A DNA stretch of 64,000 bases from Candidatus Bathyarchaeia archaeon (GCA_050010755.1 JBEKKK010000001.1:672001-736000); one strand, 5' to 3'. Counted from the first letter of the stretch, positions 20,088-30,511 are shown. Translations and numbers: made by a program. The notes: a model not told the origin generated them from the sequence alone.

Positions 20088-21182
20088 TTGGTCAAGATCA
20101 CCCTGAAGAACGTCACCAAACAATTTGGAAAAGTGAAAGCAGTCGATAAGCTGAACCTTGAAATTGAAGATGAAGAATTCTTGGTCCTGCTCGGACCGTC
20201 TGGTTGCGGCAAAACAACAACTCTTCGAATGATAGCAGGACTTGAGAAGCCCACGAGTGGCGACCTTTTCTTCGACGACAAGCCGGTCACAACTCTTGAA
20301 CCCAAAGAAAGAAAAGTCGCCATGGTCTTCCAAGACTACGCTTTATACCCGCACATGTCAGTCCTTGATAATATCACACTCTGTCTTCAAGTCTCAAATG
20401 TTCCGGCCCAAGAAATAAAGAAAAGGGCACAGGAAACGGCAGAGTTGTTGCAGATCAGCGAGCTTATGGGTCGCAAACCAGGTCAGCTGAGCGGTGGACA
20501 GAGACAACGTGTCGCCTTGGCCAGAGCAGCAATCAGGAAGCCTTCCATTTACCTTTTAGATGAGCCCCTTTCGAACATCGATGCAATCCTGAGAATCAAA
20601 ATGAGAGGCGAATTGAAGAAACTACACGAAAGGCTGAAAACGACCACAGTTTATGTTACTCACGATCAAGCTGAAGCCATGGTGCTCGCAGATAGAATAG
20701 CCGTCATGAAAGATGGTTTACTATATCAAATCGACAAGCCCCTGGAGATTTATGATCATCCAGCGAACAAGTTCGTGGCCACTTTCGTGGGCATACCAGT
20801 CATGAATTTCGTCGATTGCCAAATTCAAGAAAAGAACGGCAAGTCATACGTAAACGCCGATGCTTTTCAAATGGAGATCACAGAAAACAGTCGGATCGCA
20901 ATGAAAGGACAGCAGTTTACAGCCCACGAAGCAGTAATGGGAATCAGACCAGAACACGTTTACGTGAGCAAAGCACCCTCCAAAAACGCTGTGGAGGCTA
21001 AAGTCGATCTTTTCCAACATTTCGGAGATACTGGATACGCAACCGTAGAAGTGGGGTCATCCCTGATCACAGCAAAAGTTGATCCCCTCCTCAGATTTGA
21101 AGAAGGAGAAAAAGTCTTCGTGAAGCTTAACAGCGAGCGCATTCACATTTTTGACAAAGCAACTGAGAAAACCATTTTTTAG
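20088..21182 (+). CDS. Sugar ABC transporter ATP-binding protein (MalK-like)
   Basis: GPSGCGKT, LSGGQRQR, LLDEP, YVTHDQ and a TOBE tail (GIRPEH). Confidence 0.95.
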   Translation: MVKITLKNVTKQFGKVKAVDKLNLEIEDEEFLVLLGPSGCGKTTTLRMIAGLEKPTSGDLFFDDKPVTTLEPKERKVAMVFQDYALYPHMSVLDNITLCLQVSNVPAQEIKKRAQETAELLQISELMGRKPGQLSGGQRQRVALARAAIRKPSIYLLDEPLSNIDAILRIKMRGELKKLHERLKTTTVYVTHDQAEAMVLADRIAVMKDGLLYQIDKPLEIYDHPANKFVATFVGIPVMNFVDCQIQEKNGKSYVNADAFQMEITENSRIAMKGQQFTAHEAVMGIRPEHVYVSKAPSKNAVEAKVDLFQHFGDTGYATVEVGSSLITAKVDPLLRFEEGEKVFVKLNSERIHIFDKATEKTIF

Positions 21183-21200
21183 TTGGGTTCGCCCTATTAT

Positions 21201-21977
21201 CTAAGACGTTGACCAACCGCCATCCATTACCAAGGCCGTTCCCGTGATGTATGAAGATCTCTTCGATGCCAAGAACAGTGCTGCTTGCGCGATTTCTTCG
21301 GGAGCAGCGACGCGTCTGAGCGGTATTTTTTCCAAGTTTCGGGCAAATGCAGCGTCATAGTCTCCAGATGTCATCATCACACGTTTGAACGTTGGAGTCA
21401 GGACGGAGCCTGGACAGATGCAGTTCACACGGACATTGTCGGAAGCGAAATCCAAGGCCATAGCTCTAGTAAGCGATATGACACCCCCTTTTGAGGCGCA
21501 ATAAGCAGCTTCACCTTTAGAACCTATCAGACCCAGCACAGAGGCAATGTTAATAATTGCACCGCCTCCACTTTCAACTATTCTTGGTGTGCAGTATTTT
21601 GAGCATAGAAATGTGCCTTTCAAGTTGATATCGATGACCCTGTCCCAGTTTTCCTCCGACACGTCTACGACAGAGCCTGTGGATTCGACTCCTGCATTGT
21701 TAACGAGGATGTTAAGCTTCCCGTATTGTTCAACAGTTTTCTCGGCCATCATCTTGGCACTTGCAGACTTGGATACATCTCCTTGCATGAAAATAGCGTC
21801 TCCACCCTCTTTCTTGATGAGATCAACCGTGTTCTTTCCATCAGCTTCGCTCAAATCAGCAACAACCACTTTCGCCCCTTCACGCGCGAAAAGAAGAACG
21901 ATGGCACGTCCGATTCCCGAACCTGCTCCAGTCACTAAGGCCACGGAATCACTTAATTCTCCTTGACGCATCGACAT
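21201..21977 (-). CDS. Short-chain dehydrogenase/reductase
   Basis: TGAGSGIG, NNAG, YCASK and DGG motifs. Confidence 0.93.
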   Translation of the reverse strand: MSMRQGELSDSVALVTGAGSGIGRAIVLLFAREGAKVVVADLSEADGKNTVDLIKKEGGDAIFMQGDVSKSASAKMMAEKTVEQYGKLNILVNNAGVESTGSVVDVSEENWDRVIDINLKGTFLCSKYCTPRIVESGGGAIINIASVLGLIGSKGEAAYCASKGGVISLTRAMALDFASDNVRVNCICPGSVLTPTFKRVMMTSGDYDAAFARNLEKIPLRRVAAPEEIAQAALFLASKRSSYITGTALVMDGGWSTS

Positions 21978-22134
21978 TCCTCAATCTCATCCAAAACTGA
22001 CTTTTGACTATTAACATTTTTCAAAATTAAACAAAGTCTCTAGGCGTGCTCGAAACACGGTGCAAATGGAGTTATGACAATATTTATGAAGGGTTACACA
22101 TGAATTCAAACGAGTCTTGAAGACGCGGGTATAG

Positions 22135-23655
22135 ATGGAGGATTATGTTTACTTGAAACCAGAATCGTCTATGAGAAAGAAATTGGCTGAAAAAATAGCT
22201 GATGAAACCATTTGTGTGCAGAAGGCATGGGTGGGCACGGTCAAAAAGAAGCGCGGTGGACGATTCAACATAAAAGATTGGCAGCCGATGCTCCAAGCAA
22301 AAGAGCGCCTTGTCCCTAGCGGAAATCAGTCGAAGGACGTTTTTGACCTCTATTCGGTTTCGGCGAAGGCCGCGTACGATGTTCTCAGTATGCTAACGGA
22401 TTATGTGCGTCCTGAAGATGAGCCTTGGCTGGAACATTATCAGACGACGACTGTTTTTGAAATCCTGTACGAGTTTGACCGAGATTTTAAGAGAGCTTCC
22501 CAAAAGATCGCAGAGGCTATTGAGAGTTCGACCGACCTAATCACCCAGGAAGTTCTGGCCCGATTTTGTGGTCGCTATGGGCCCGTTTGGATCGCAGACT
22601 ATGTGGCGACTCCAGGATCGTTCTCAAACGTCCTTAGAAAAATTGTCGATGAGCTTCCGATGAAAACCGAGTATAAATGGGCTTTTATCAACGCGGTATC
22701 GGCTGCTCGCAACACTAGTTACAGTGTAATGTTCGGCTCAAAGTTCATCTGCGTACTAGCAGAAACCAACGACGTCTCCAAAGCGGTTGAGGCGGAAAAA
22801 CAAATGATGAAAGAGATGTGGTTACACCCCATCGCAACCCAAGTTCAGCTTATGAAAGAAGTGAAGCAAGAATCCTTCGACTATGAAAAATGCATGACGA
22901 TGTTTAAGGATCGAATTTTCGATGCAACCGTCAAGGCCGCTGAAGCAGGCGTGCACTACGCAAACATCAGTTTGATTCCATTCTGGGCTGCTGGAGACTT
23001 CCACCACGTATCTCAAACCAGTTACAACCTGTGCAAAGGTGACATCGAAATGGCTATCCTCGAGAGCCTGACAGAAGCTTATGAAAGCACAATAAAAAGA
23101 GCTAAAAGAAACAGGCAGCTCGACAACCCCTCAGAAATACCAACGTGGGAGATAACAGCGGCCGGAGCGGCCCACATAATGCATCTCGACGGGTTTACTG
23201 CGGAGATGGTGAATGACCTGCTCACCAGAAGGTATTTCAACCTGCTGCTCGAAAATCCCAGAAAATTCGAGTATGAATGCATGAACGAGGAGTTCGTCAG
23301 CTTTCTAACGCAAGGAGAACACATACTCGGAAAGCCTCCAACCGGACTGGGCGGCCAAGTCAATGGCGTCAAAATCGACCTTCAACCCATAAATGACAAT
23401 GAAGTCTTGAAGAATCCGCAGAGATACTCGTGGCCAGAATGTCCAATCACCGCACGTTTCAGCGGCTTACTTCGGTTTGCAGATGATCCATTTCACCTGT
23501 ACAGTGATCCCATGATATGCTTGTATGGCACCGAACTCATAGCTCTGGAACCTCGAAAGCCGTACCTTCCATTCTTTTATTGCAAACAATGCCCTTCAGC
23601 GAGGCTGATGCCGAGCAAATGCAAATACTGCTTAGCTGAAAAACCTATAAAATAA
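22135..23655 (+). CDS. DUF2193-like protein with Cys-rich C-terminus
   Basis: Resembles DUF2193 from memory (EHYQT, YGP...DY...PGS.SN, PQRY.WPECPITARFS..L.FAD, C-terminal CxxC...CxxC). Confidence 0.6.
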   Translation: MEDYVYLKPESSMRKKLAEKIADETICVQKAWVGTVKKKRGGRFNIKDWQPMLQAKERLVPSGNQSKDVFDLYSVSAKAAYDVLSMLTDYVRPEDEPWLEHYQTTTVFEILYEFDRDFKRASQKIAEAIESSTDLITQEVLARFCGRYGPVWIADYVATPGSFSNVLRKIVDELPMKTEYKWAFINAVSAARNTSYSVMFGSKFICVLAETNDVSKAVEAEKQMMKEMWLHPIATQVQLMKEVKQESFDYEKCMTMFKDRIFDATVKAAEAGVHYANISLIPFWAAGDFHHVSQTSYNLCKGDIEMAILESLTEAYESTIKRAKRNRQLDNPSEIPTWEITAAGAAHIMHLDGFTAEMVNDLLTRRYFNLLLENPRKFEYECMNEEFVSFLTQGEHILGKPPTGLGGQVNGVKIDLQPINDNEVLKNPQRYSWPECPITARFSGLLRFADDPFHLYSDPMICLYGTELIALEPRKPYLPFFYCKQCPSARLMPSKCKYCLAEKPIK

Positions 23656-23672
23656 AAAGCTGACGCATAGTC

Positions 23673-24869
23673 CTAAGTTTGGCTTCTAAGCGCGCTTCTG
23701 TCAATTTGTGCGAGATTCTTCGTTCGCCTCCGCTTTGTTGACAGGAAGGGAAGAAGCACAGCAAGTCCTAGCACCGTTGTGATAGGCGGGAGAAAATGCT
23801 GGGCCAACACAGTTAAAGATTGACTTTCAGACCCGATGGGCGTTGCCGCAGTGTTGTTGGTGCTTGGGACATCCCAGAGAACTGTTCCAGAAGCTAACGT
23901 GTGGTCGTCCCAAGAAAAAATTATCTCGTACGGATTTTGTAGTGGGTGCTGATAGTACTGGGCGTCTGCACCAGGGTATTCTGCTCCTCCCCACATTAAA
24001 CTGTAGTCGAGATAGGAATGATCGCCTTCAAGTGACCACGCCCTGTCGACCAGAGTCCAGCCCGTCTGACTGAGCATTTTGGGCTCTTTCAGATCTACTT
24101 GCCAATAATTGTCGGCTATGGCTTGGCTGCTTATGACGCCGAACTGGAAATAGTTGGCGATTCTGCTGAGCGGAAACGGGTCAATAATCACGTTTCCATG
24201 GTAGAACTCCGGTATGATGTTTTGACAGTTGAGCGTGCCAACCACGTTTACCGAAATAAGATTTTCAACTTGTCCAGAAACAGATATCGAATAGTCCACG
24301 GAGCCGTTGCTATCCCAGCTTTGAAGCAGAGTAACTGGCGTCGATCTGTCGACTCCTGTGATTTGCCAAGTGTAAGCGTAAACAAGGCTTGACATGGCGG
24401 TCTGAATTGGAACCGTGGCTTCCTCTGTTTGATGAAGTCCCAAATCAACAAACATCCTGCCTGAGGCGTCGAGTACAAGCATCATGTAGAAGCCATAATC
24501 CACGAAGTTAAACACGTGATCCTGACTCTGAACGAACATGCCCCCTCCAAGCCAGCAGCCAGAAGGTAAAAGCTCTGGTTCAGTTGACGGAAAGCTAACC
24601 GTAACTGCAGTGGCCCTAACGGTGCCGTGCGCGGTCAAATTATCGGCCATAACATCGAAGCCACCTACGTAGGGCATGTTAGAATTCAGTCCAGCAACAT
24701 GATTGTCAGAAGTGAATGTCAAAATCAAATCGGAAGCTTTTACTCGAGAAACGGCCAACGCGCTCACAACCACGACAAGCATTAAGACGGTCGCAGCGTG
24801 CCCGCAACGTTTCAGTAGCTTGACCCCTTCCGCAATAAAGTTGCACTGTAGTTGATAAAATTTGCGCAA
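23673..24869 (-). CDS. Hypothetical exported beta-rich protein with C-terminal TM anchor
   Basis: Signal-like hydrophobic N-terminus, C-terminal hydrophobic helix followed by KRRR. The true start is probably slightly downstream. Confidence 0.65.
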   Translation of the reverse strand: MRKFYQLQCNFIAEGVKLLKRCGHAATVLMLVVVVSALAVSRVKASDLILTFTSDNHVAGLNSNMPYVGGFDVMADNLTAHGTVRATAVTVSFPSTEPELLPSGCWLGGGMFVQSQDHVFNFVDYGFYMMLVLDASGRMFVDLGLHQTEEATVPIQTAMSSLVYAYTWQITGVDRSTPVTLLQSWDSNGSVDYSISVSGQVENLISVNVVGTLNCQNIIPEFYHGNVIIDPFPLSRIANYFQFGVISSQAIADNYWQVDLKEPKMLSQTGWTLVDRAWSLEGDHSYLDYSLMWGGAEYPGADAQYYQHPLQNPYEIIFSWDDHTLASGTVLWDVPSTNNTAATPIGSESQSLTVLAQHFLPPITTVLGLAVLLPFLSTKRRRTKNLAQIDRSALRSQT

Positions 24870-24901
24870 ATCTTAACTTTAACAAGAAAAGACCTGTTTT
24901 C

Positions 24902-25405
24902 ATGGCTACACAGTACACGAAGCAGCGGGAGACTGTATCCATCGACGCGGCCTACCGCGCCTACTATCCGAATACATCTGATGCGGCCGCCAAGATATCT
25001 GAAACAAACACTGCAGGTACACTGATGATCATAGCCACGATGGCTTCATTGGTTATTTTCATTCTCTCAGCATATGCTCTGCAAGATATCTACAGATGGT
25101 ATCCTCCGCTCGTAGCTCAACGATGGTTCATCTACGACCAACTACTCACCGTCTTCTCATTGCTAGGACTGATATTCGGGGGCCTAGCAGCTTCATTCAT
25201 ACTATCAAGGAGAAGTTTCAGAATGGCAGTTACATTAGCAACGATTTGCACCCTGTCTGGCGCAAGCGCCTTTGTAATTACCCTGATCCAGCCCCTAGCA
25301 GTACTATGGGTATCATTAGTCTTCTACTTCCTACCGCTATTCGTAATACCATTTACTGGAACTGTCCTGACCTATCTACAAGGAGAGCGCGCGCGACCAC
25401 AATGA
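24902..25405 (+). CDS. Hypothetical membrane protein (~4 TM)
   Basis: Long hydrophobic segments in a 167-aa ORF. Confidence 0.6.
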   Translation: MATQYTKQRETVSIDAAYRAYYPNTSDAAAKISETNTAGTLMIIATMASLVIFILSAYALQDIYRWYPPLVAQRWFIYDQLLTVFSLLGLIFGGLAASFILSRRSFRMAVTLATICTLSGASAFVITLIQPLAVLWVSLVFYFLPLFVIPFTGTVLTYLQGERARPQ

Positions 25406-25595
25406 CACTGATTGAACCTTTCTCGCATGCGTAATGACCCTTAGCTACCAATCTTTTTCTTCTGTATGTCGTGGTTGCGTGTGCTTGGCAGTTAAGGTAT
25501 ATAAGTGATGTTGAGAATACTTGGATGCGCGTTCCATATCTATTATTTTGACGATGGAGTTGCGCGTTAAAAAAAACAGAGTGGAAACAAGTTAG

Positions 25596-26261
25596 ATGGC
25601 GAAACGTGTTTGGAGAGGGAGAGGCAGGCCTCTTAAGGGCATGCATTCATACGAAGATGGAAGGGTTTTGGAGAATCTTGCCAAAATCGCAGTGTTGCAT
25701 AATGTTGATGCGGGCGAATTTTTCAATCGCATAGTGGAAGCTTGGGACCACCAGCGGTCAAAATGTGAGCAGGTGATTATAGAATGTCGCGAGAGGACGA
25801 AGAATTCAGCGATTTTCCTCTTTACCGCCAATCGAATGGTTGTAGCTCAATTTCCGATATCGATTACCGTCCTGCAGGGAAAGCATCAGCTCGAAAGTTA
25901 CACGAAGACTATTTTGGCCGGAATCTCCTCAGTGAAGAATCTCACACGTGCAGACTCTAAGATTGGGAACTTGAAAGTTGGAATGAAGAAGGTCAGCCTA
26001 AAAGCAGAGGTGCTTGAGATTCCAAAATCTAAAATCGTTTACACGAGATACGGAACAACCGCTTGTATATCAAACGCGCTCATCAGAGACGAAACCGGTT
26101 CAATGAAGATGAGTTTATGGAACCAGCAGATAGACACAGTTCATAAGGGCGACGTAATTGACGTCAAAAATGGCACAGTAGCTTGGTTCAGCGGCGAAAT
26201 GCAGTTGCGACTGGGAAAAACTGGAAGCTTAAGCGTCATCAAATGCGCGCTCGCATCCTAG
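25596..26261 (+). CDS. OB-fold ssDNA-binding (SSB/RPA-like) protein with extra N-terminal domain
   Basis: KIGNLKVGMKKVSLKAEV...IRDETGSMKMSLWNQQ...GDVI...LRLGKTG is the SSB OB fold. Confidence 0.82.
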   Translation: MAKRVWRGRGRPLKGMHSYEDGRVLENLAKIAVLHNVDAGEFFNRIVEAWDHQRSKCEQVIIECRERTKNSAIFLFTANRMVVAQFPISITVLQGKHQLESYTKTILAGISSVKNLTRADSKIGNLKVGMKKVSLKAEVLEIPKSKIVYTRYGTTACISNALIRDETGSMKMSLWNQQIDTVHKGDVIDVKNGTVAWFSGEMQLRLGKTGSLSVIKCALAS

Positions 26262-26273
26262 AAGGTAGTTTTT

Positions 26274-26831
26274 ATGCCGAAGACTAAAGCAATAATAAAA
26301 ATTCAAAACGTTGTTTCCGCGGCCACTCTCAACCAAAGGGTTGACCTGAACGCGGTTGTGAAGGGTTATCCAGGTGTCGAGTATCGACCGGAACAGTTTC
26401 CGGGACTAGTGTTTAGGCTTAAGAGACCGAAGACAGCCACGCTGATTTTCAGCTCTGGAAAAATGGTATGTACAGGAGCAAAATCGGAAAAGGAATCCCG
26501 CAGAGCAGTCATGACAGTTGTCAAAGAACTGAAAAAAGGTGGAATAATCATCATCGGCAAGCCGGACTTGAAGGTTGTGAACATCGTGGCTTCTGCAAGC
26601 CTAGGCGGAAAAGTAGATTTGGAAGCAGTTTCAACGCATGGAAAAACCATGTACGAGCCGGAGCAGTTTCCAGGGTTAATCTACAGAATGGACGAGCCCA
26701 AGGTGGTCATACTGGTATTCGCAAGCGGGAACCTTGTTTGCACCGGAGCGAAAAAAGAACAGGACATTCATGACGCGGTGCACAAGCTTCATGCAAACTT
26801 GGAAGAACAAAACCTCATATTCTACGAATAA
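26274..26831 (+). CDS. tbp: TATA-box binding protein
   Basis: Two TBP repeats: IQNVV...YRPEQFPGLVFR...LIFSSGKMVCTGAK and VNIVAS...YEPEQFPGLIYR...VFASGNLVCTGAK. Confidence 0.95.
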   Translation: MPKTKAIIKIQNVVSAATLNQRVDLNAVVKGYPGVEYRPEQFPGLVFRLKRPKTATLIFSSGKMVCTGAKSEKESRRAVMTVVKELKKGGIIIIGKPDLKVVNIVASASLGGKVDLEAVSTHGKTMYEPEQFPGLIYRMDEPKVVILVFASGNLVCTGAKKEQDIHDAVHKLHANLEEQNLIFYE

Positions 26832-26869
26832 ACGCTTCACAGTTTAATCCCAATCGACTCCACGAGAGC

Positions 26870-27907
26870 TCAGCGGGCGCTAATTGTCACGACGGCTTTG
26901 AGCCCTTTGCGTTCAGCTAACACGTCTATGGCCGTTAGAACTTGGTTTAGCCTGAACTTGTGCGTTATCAACTTGTCGACGTTTACCCTTTTGATGCCTA
27001 TCAGTTGAAGAGCGTTGGCAAAAGTGATGTGTGAGAACCCGAAAGTTCCGGTGATTGTGACCTCTGAATAATGGATTAAGTTCGGATCGAGTTTGAGTTC
27101 TGACTGGCTTGGAAAACCTCCGAAAAAGTTGATTATCCCGCCCTTTCTGACCATTTTCAGGCCTTCCTCCGCCGCTGCTACGCTGCCTACTGCAACGATG
27201 ACCGCGTCCGCCCCTCGATTGTCTGTCTCCTCCATGACTTTCTCGACAGGTTTTTCCTCAGTTTCGTTGACCGTAACGTCGGCGCCAAGTTCCTCTGCCA
27301 ACTTCAGCCGCTCATTTAACTGACCGCTGAGAATCGTTTTCGTCGCTCCCTTGACTTTTGCCAGCTGCAGATGCATTAGGCCTATCGGGCCGTCGCCGAC
27401 GATAGCGATGGAATCGCCCACGCCGACGTGGCATTCTTCGATTCCGTGAAGGCAACAGGCCAGTGGCTCCGTGAGAGATGCCTCCTCATACGAAACCGTG
27501 CCAGGTATCTCAAGCGTTCCCTTCTTCACAATGTTATCAGGCACTTTTACAAATTCTGCAAACCCTCCGGGTGTAGGTGTCTGATCATAAAGTCCGCTGC
27601 ACATCGTGTATCGTCCATGCAGACAATAGTAGCAAGTACCGTCTGGAACATACGGGGCGACGACGACGCGCTCGCCTATCTTGTGCTCCATCACGTCTTT
27701 TCCCATTTTGACGATTTCGCCTGCTATTTCGTGACCGAGAACCGTTGGTGGTTTGATCAGCGGATGTCCTCTCATGACTGTTTTAATGTCTGTCCCACAG
27801 ACGCCGCAAGCATGAATCTTGACCAGGATCTCTTTATCAGCGATTTCTGGGACTTCGCTTTCTTCCAGTCTGACATCTCGAGGTCCATAGTACACCGCCG
27901 TCTTCAA
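26870..27907 (-). CDS. Zn-dependent polyol/alcohol dehydrogenase (sorbitol DH-like)
   Basis: CGTD, GHE, structural Zn D/C-C-C-C, EPLAC and GDGPIG motifs. Confidence 0.92.
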   Translation of the reverse strand: MKTAVYYGPRDVRLEESEVPEIADKEILVKIHACGVCGTDIKTVMRGHPLIKPPTVLGHEIAGEIVKMGKDVMEHKIGERVVVAPYVPDGTCYYCLHGRYTMCSGLYDQTPTPGGFAEFVKVPDNIVKKGTLEIPGTVSYEEASLTEPLACCLHGIEECHVGVGDSIAIVGDGPIGLMHLQLAKVKGATKTILSGQLNERLKLAEELGADVTVNETEEKPVEKVMEETDNRGADAVIVAVGSVAAAEEGLKMVRKGGIINFFGGFPSQSELKLDPNLIHYSEVTITGTFGFSHITFANALQLIGIKRVNVDKLITHKFRLNQVLTAIDVLAERKGLKAVVTISAR

Positions 27908-28013
27908 GTTTTTCCCTCTCGCAGGTAACAGTAAACAATAACGTATATAGCTTGTCAGGAAGTTTTGCTGAATTTTGTGTTTTCTAACAAATGAAGAGTG
28001 AGGAATCGATGGT

Positions 28014-29000
28014 TTAGACTAGAACCCTTTCTCTCATGAATTTTTCAAGCTCCTCCCGCGTGGGCAAAGCTTCTTGAGCCCCCATCTTGGTGGTTGCTAA
28101 AGCACCGGCGCAGTTCGCATAGGCTACTGCCTCTTCCAAGTTTTTTCCCGATGAAATGGCCACTCCCAACGCGCCGCAGAAAGCGTCTCCCGCGCCCGTC
28201 GTATCCACAGGAGTTACCTCGGGGCTCCTGACGTGAAATATTTCATCTTTTGTTCCGACAAGGGCTCCTATTTTTCCCATCGTGAGAACGACGTTTGCAG
28301 CTCCTTTTCTCAAGATTTCTTCAGTCGCCCTTTTCGCAGACGTCAAGTTCGTTATGTTGGTGCCGGTCAGTATCTCCGCTTCGCTTTCATTCGGAGTCAA
28401 CACGTACACTTTCTTTAGCACTTCTTCGGGCAACGTGTGAGCCGGAGAAGGGTTCAAGATCACCCTCACTCCATGCTGAAAGGCTTTCTGAACAGCGTGT
28501 TGAACAACTGGAATAGGCGTTTCCAGTTGCGCTAGGAGAATGTCAGCTGACGCTATAGTTGATTCGGCGCGGTCGATGTCTTCTTTGCTGCACTTTAGAT
28601 CCGCACCGGGAAAAACGGCGATGACGTTGTTGCCCTTCTTGTCAACCATTATCAGGGCTAACCCTGTCTGCGTTTCCGTGTCTTGAATGATGAAATTCGT
28701 GTCTATCAGATGCAGCCTAGCATTTCTCACAAGGTCCGTTCCGAAAGCCTCGGAGCCCACTCTGCCGATTAACGTGACGTTTGCCCCAAGTTTCGCTGCT
28801 GCCACAGCCTGATTCGCGCCTTTTCCCCCGGGGGACATCTTGAACTCGTCGCCGAGCACCGTCTCGCCTAAACGGGGAATCGTCTTAGCCTTGATAGTCA
28901 AGTCCATGTGCAGGCTACCCACAACCACGACGTTCGGTCTCTTGGCTTGATCTGGATTCTTATGAAAGCCTTCGCGATTTCTGCTTGATTCTTCTGACAC
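28014..29000 (-). CDS. rbsK: Ribokinase
   Basis: GGKGANQAVAAA, LLAQLE, TPNESEA and DTTGAGDAF motifs. Confidence 0.9.
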   Translation of the reverse strand: MSEESSRNREGFHKNPDQAKRPNVVVVGSLHMDLTIKAKTIPRLGETVLGDEFKMSPGGKGANQAVAAAKLGANVTLIGRVGSEAFGTDLVRNARLHLIDTNFIIQDTETQTGLALIMVDKKGNNVIAVFPGADLKCSKEDIDRAESTIASADILLAQLETPIPVVQHAVQKAFQHGVRVILNPSPAHTLPEEVLKKVYVLTPNESEAEILTGTNITNLTSAKRATEEILRKGAANVVLTMGKIGALVGTKDEIFHVRSPEVTPVDTTGAGDAFCGALGVAISSGKNLEEAVAYANCAGALATTKMGAQEALPTREELEKFMRERVLV

Positions 29001-30511
29001 TATTTTTCATTGCTCCCTCGAGTTCGAAGATGCGTTCCAGACGAATAGTACCGTTTAAAGTACTTTTTCAAGTGTAAATAGGCATCTTTGTACATTCGGA
29101 AAGACAAGTCGTATTTTTCAAAGAGATCCTTCTGTGGGTTGATTCTGCATTCCGTGTGCACCATTTCTTGAGCGGCCTTTCTCAGGTTTGGTTGGAGCCC
29201 AACGCCTATGGATGCTAGTATAGCTGCGCCGAGCGCCGAAGCTTCGATTTCCCGCGGAATAACTACCGTCTTTCCAGTTACGTCAGCTTTTATTTGTCCA
29301 AAGAATTTGCTTTTTGCAGCGCCCCCGCAGCTTCTGATTTCGTTGACATGGGCACCTAGCTTCTCAATTGTCTCTAGGTTGTGTCTTATCCCAAATGCGC
29401 ACCCTTCCAGCAGGGCCCTTGTCAGATGGTTGCGAGAGTGTTTTAATGATAGGCCTAGGAAGACCCCTCTGGCATATGCGTCCCAGATGGGGCTTCGTTC
29501 TCCCATCATGTAAGGGAGAAAGATAAGCCCGTCAGATCCTGGCGGCGCCTCTTCAGCTTCAGAGTCCAAGTCTTGGTATGATGCTTTGGGTTCGATGTTA
29601 TCTCGGAACCATCGCAGAGAAGCACCTGTTGTGGACATTGTTCCCCACGTGATCCAGAAATTGGGCAGCATAGGAAACTTTTCGCAGTGCACTCTTTTCT
29701 CTGGATCATGGATTTCGTGCCTTGAAGGAACCATCAGGCACGTGGAGCTTCCTGTTATCTCGCAGGTAGAGCCTATTGTCAGTGCATTTGCGCCTATCAT
29801 GGCCAGGTAAGCGTCGATCCCGCCTGCCGCAACTGGCGTGCCCTTCTTGAGGCCTGTCTCACGGGCAGCCGCGTCTGTCACGGTGCCGACAATCTCTGAT
29901 GAACGCAAGACGTTGGGAAGTTTCTCGACAGGTATCTTGAGCCGGTTCAAGAGGTCGGTTGGCCATTCATGCCTGTGATAATCGAAGTGAAATGTTCCTG
30001 CGTTGAGCCAGTCGGTGACGAAGTTCCCTGTCAGCTTGAACTCGATGAAGTCCGATGTCTGAACAAATTTGTAGGCCTTCTGGAAAACCTGTGGCCTGTT
30101 TTCTTTGACCCACGCCGCTTTCGGCAAGTTCATGGAAGGGTCATCAGCCACACCAATAGTCTGAGCCATCATCTCGGACTGTTCGATGGCACGTCTGTCC
30201 ATCCAGATGAGGGCATTCATCAATGCGTTGCCATGTTTGTCGACTGGAAGCAGGACAGGAGATTGACCCGAAACGCTGACGCAAGAAATTTCGCCTTGCT
30301 TCTTGGAAGTTTGTTTGACTACGTCTGCAACGCTTTTTCTAACAGCCTTCCACCAATGTTGAGGGTTCTGTTCGGCCCAAGTAGGCTGAGGAATCGTGAC
30401 TGAATACTGTTGGTACGATCGCGCAACAGATTCACCGCTGAGGTTGAACACTATTGCTTTGCAGCCTTCTGTTCCAATGTCTATGCCAAGCAGGCAGGTC
30501 GACGGCGTCAT
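29000..30511 (-). CDS. FGGY-family pentulose kinase (xylulokinase-like)
   Basis: GIDIGT, WAEQNP, IWMDRRA, LPYMMGERSP and GGAAKS motifs. ATG 30511 chosen as start. Confidence 0.9.
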   Translation of the reverse strand: MTPSTCLLGIDIGTEGCKAIVFNLSGESVARSYQQYSVTIPQPTWAEQNPQHWWKAVRKSVADVVKQTSKKQGEISCVSVSGQSPVLLPVDKHGNALMNALIWMDRRAIEQSEMMAQTIGVADDPSMNLPKAAWVKENRPQVFQKAYKFVQTSDFIEFKLTGNFVTDWLNAGTFHFDYHRHEWPTDLLNRLKIPVEKLPNVLRSSEIVGTVTDAAARETGLKKGTPVAAGGIDAYLAMIGANALTIGSTCEITGSSTCLMVPSRHEIHDPEKRVHCEKFPMLPNFWITWGTMSTTGASLRWFRDNIEPKASYQDLDSEAEEAPPGSDGLIFLPYMMGERSPIWDAYARGVFLGLSLKHSRNHLTRALLEGCAFGIRHNLETIEKLGAHVNEIRSCGGAAKSKFFGQIKADVTGKTVVIPREIEASALGAAILASIGVGLQPNLRKAAQEMVHTECRINPQKDLFEKYDLSFRMYKDAYLHLKKYFKRYYSSGTHLRTRGSNEK

